From Anaeramoeba ignava BMAN (lineage: Eukaryota; Protista; Anaeramoebae), in NCBI GenBank assembly GCA_028826165.1, contig JAPDFW010000059.1, forward strand, positions 248,001-312,000: DNA of 64,000 nt, written 5' to 3'. The notes under the pieces were generated by a model. The model ran no database searches, was not told the DNA's origin, and saw only the letters and a program-made list of their open reading frames with translations. This document shows positions 62,621 through 64,000 of the stretch, piece after piece. The position numbers and the translations under genes were made by a program. Positions within the stretch are counted from its first letter, which is position 1; each line of letters starts with the position of its first letter.

Positions 62621-64000
62621 TTAATCATCATTTTCATTTTCATTATCATTTTCATTTAAATTATCATTTTCATTTATATTATCTAATTCAATTTCATTAT
62701 CATTTTCATTTTCTAATTTAATTTCATTATCATTTTCATTTTCATTATCATTTTCATTATCATTTTCATTTTCATTTTGATTATTATCACTTGTACTTAA
62801 AGATTCATTATCAATATTTTCAAGTTTTTCAATTCCTTCAATTTTAACAGGAATAAAAGAATAAACTAAGAAATAAACATATGTATTAAAAGGTCCAAAA
62901 AGAAGTAGAAACCATAAAGAAGTGACTTGATTTGCATTAAAGAATTCAGCAATAAGATAAGAAACTGTTATTATAAAAACAATAGTTGATAATAAGAAAA
63001 AAGTCAAAAATCCATTTTTCTTTTGAGGAAACATTTTAATTTCTCGAAAAGCTCGATAAACTGTATAAAAAATCCATAAAAGATAAATAATTAATAAAAT
63101 ATCGCTTATAATTGTTAAAGTTTTAAATGCAGGAAGATCTTTTCCTTCATCATATTGTGGATCTGTTTTTAAATGTGAAATTGAAATGATTTCCATAATG
63201 AAAAATATTATAAAAATTAATGATAAAAGGATAATTTTAGGAAGATAAAACCAGCGAAAGGAAATTTCTTTTCGACTCTTTTTTTTTGAATTTAAAATTA
63301 TTTTTGATTTAAAATTATTTTTGATTTAAAATTTTTTTTGATTTAAAATTATTTTTGATTTAAAATTATTTTTGATTTAAAATTATTTTTGATTTAAAAT
63401 TTTTACAAATCGAAATGAATCAAAAACTGAAAGCCAAAAAAGAAATAAAAGAATAATAAAACTTCCTCTAAAGAAAAGTTCGAAAAAATTAGGAATTGAA
63501 CTTTTTACAAGAGCTGTTGTTGGAAAAAATGGATCTATATTGAATAATTTTTAAATATTTTTTGAATAATTTTTAAATATTTATTGAATATTTTATTGAA
63601 TATTTATTGAATAATTTATTGAATATTTATTGAATATTTATTGAATAATTTTTGAATAATTTTTGAATAATTATTGAATAATTATTGAATAATTTATTGA
63701 ATATTTTATTAAATATTTATTGAATAATTATTGAATATTTATTGAATAATTATTGAATAATTATTGAATATTTATTGAATATTTTATTCTTTTATGTTTT
63801 TTTTTGTTTAAATACTATTGAAAAAAAATATTCCAAATAATAAAATTGTTTGCCATTTTTGTTCTTGAGATAATTCTTTCCAATAAATTCCATTAGTTTG
63901 ATGTGCCCAAAGAAATAATGCTGAAAGGGAGAACATGATAAAAACATAACCAAAAACAAGTCTAAAAGTAGTAAAATTTTTGTTATAAAATTCATACTAA
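62621..64000 (-). CDS. TMEM181: TMEM181/Wntless-like membrane protein, 5'-partial; exons >64000-63816, 63534-63407, 63277-62621
   Basis: EQKWQTILL..FFNNPFFP, LLFLFWLSVFD, FYLPKII, DPQYD, FLLLFGPFNTYVYFLVYSFIP. Confidence 0.78.

Noticed and set aside
1-64000. Alternative genetic code (stop reassignment)
   Set aside because: Conserved genes translate fully with the standard code once introns are removed, and they end at TAA/TGA.

Overview
Extremely AT-rich, gene-dense eukaryotic nuclear DNA. It uses GT-AG spliceosomal introns and the standard code, and shows no prokaryotic operon, CRISPR, rRNA/tRNA or transposase signal. The style (QN/EN low-complexity tracts, microsatellite-filled introns, a bacterial-type nucleoside kinase) suggests an anaerobic protist such as an Anaeramoeba-like metamonad; this is inference only. 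I reconstructed 19 genes by hand: Cdc25, Dna2, SH3/PH/RasGAP, cyclophilin, PIG-H, WNK kinase, a ThrRS-like/uridine-kinase fusion, GPN2, an ~11x tandem PH-like protein, a pseudo-RhoGAP/Rubicon-homology fusion, an F-box/TMEM185 fusion, ribokinase, a chorein-N (BLTP3/VPS13-like) protein, THUMPD1, Cdc16/APC6, TRAP-beta, zeta-COP, a partial TMEM181, plus two small hypothetical ORFs. The most notable non-gene structures are (1) arrays of a TCATTT initiator-like motif just upstream of nearly every start codon; (2) introns inflated by intron-specific tandem repeats that are essentially G-free on the sense strand, with A-rich rather than pyrimidine-rich acceptors; (3) duplicated decoy exon junctions inside two introns; and (4) a 153-bp near-pure-AT satellite. 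Several ORF breaks are single-base homopolymer indels and are most likely assembly errors.
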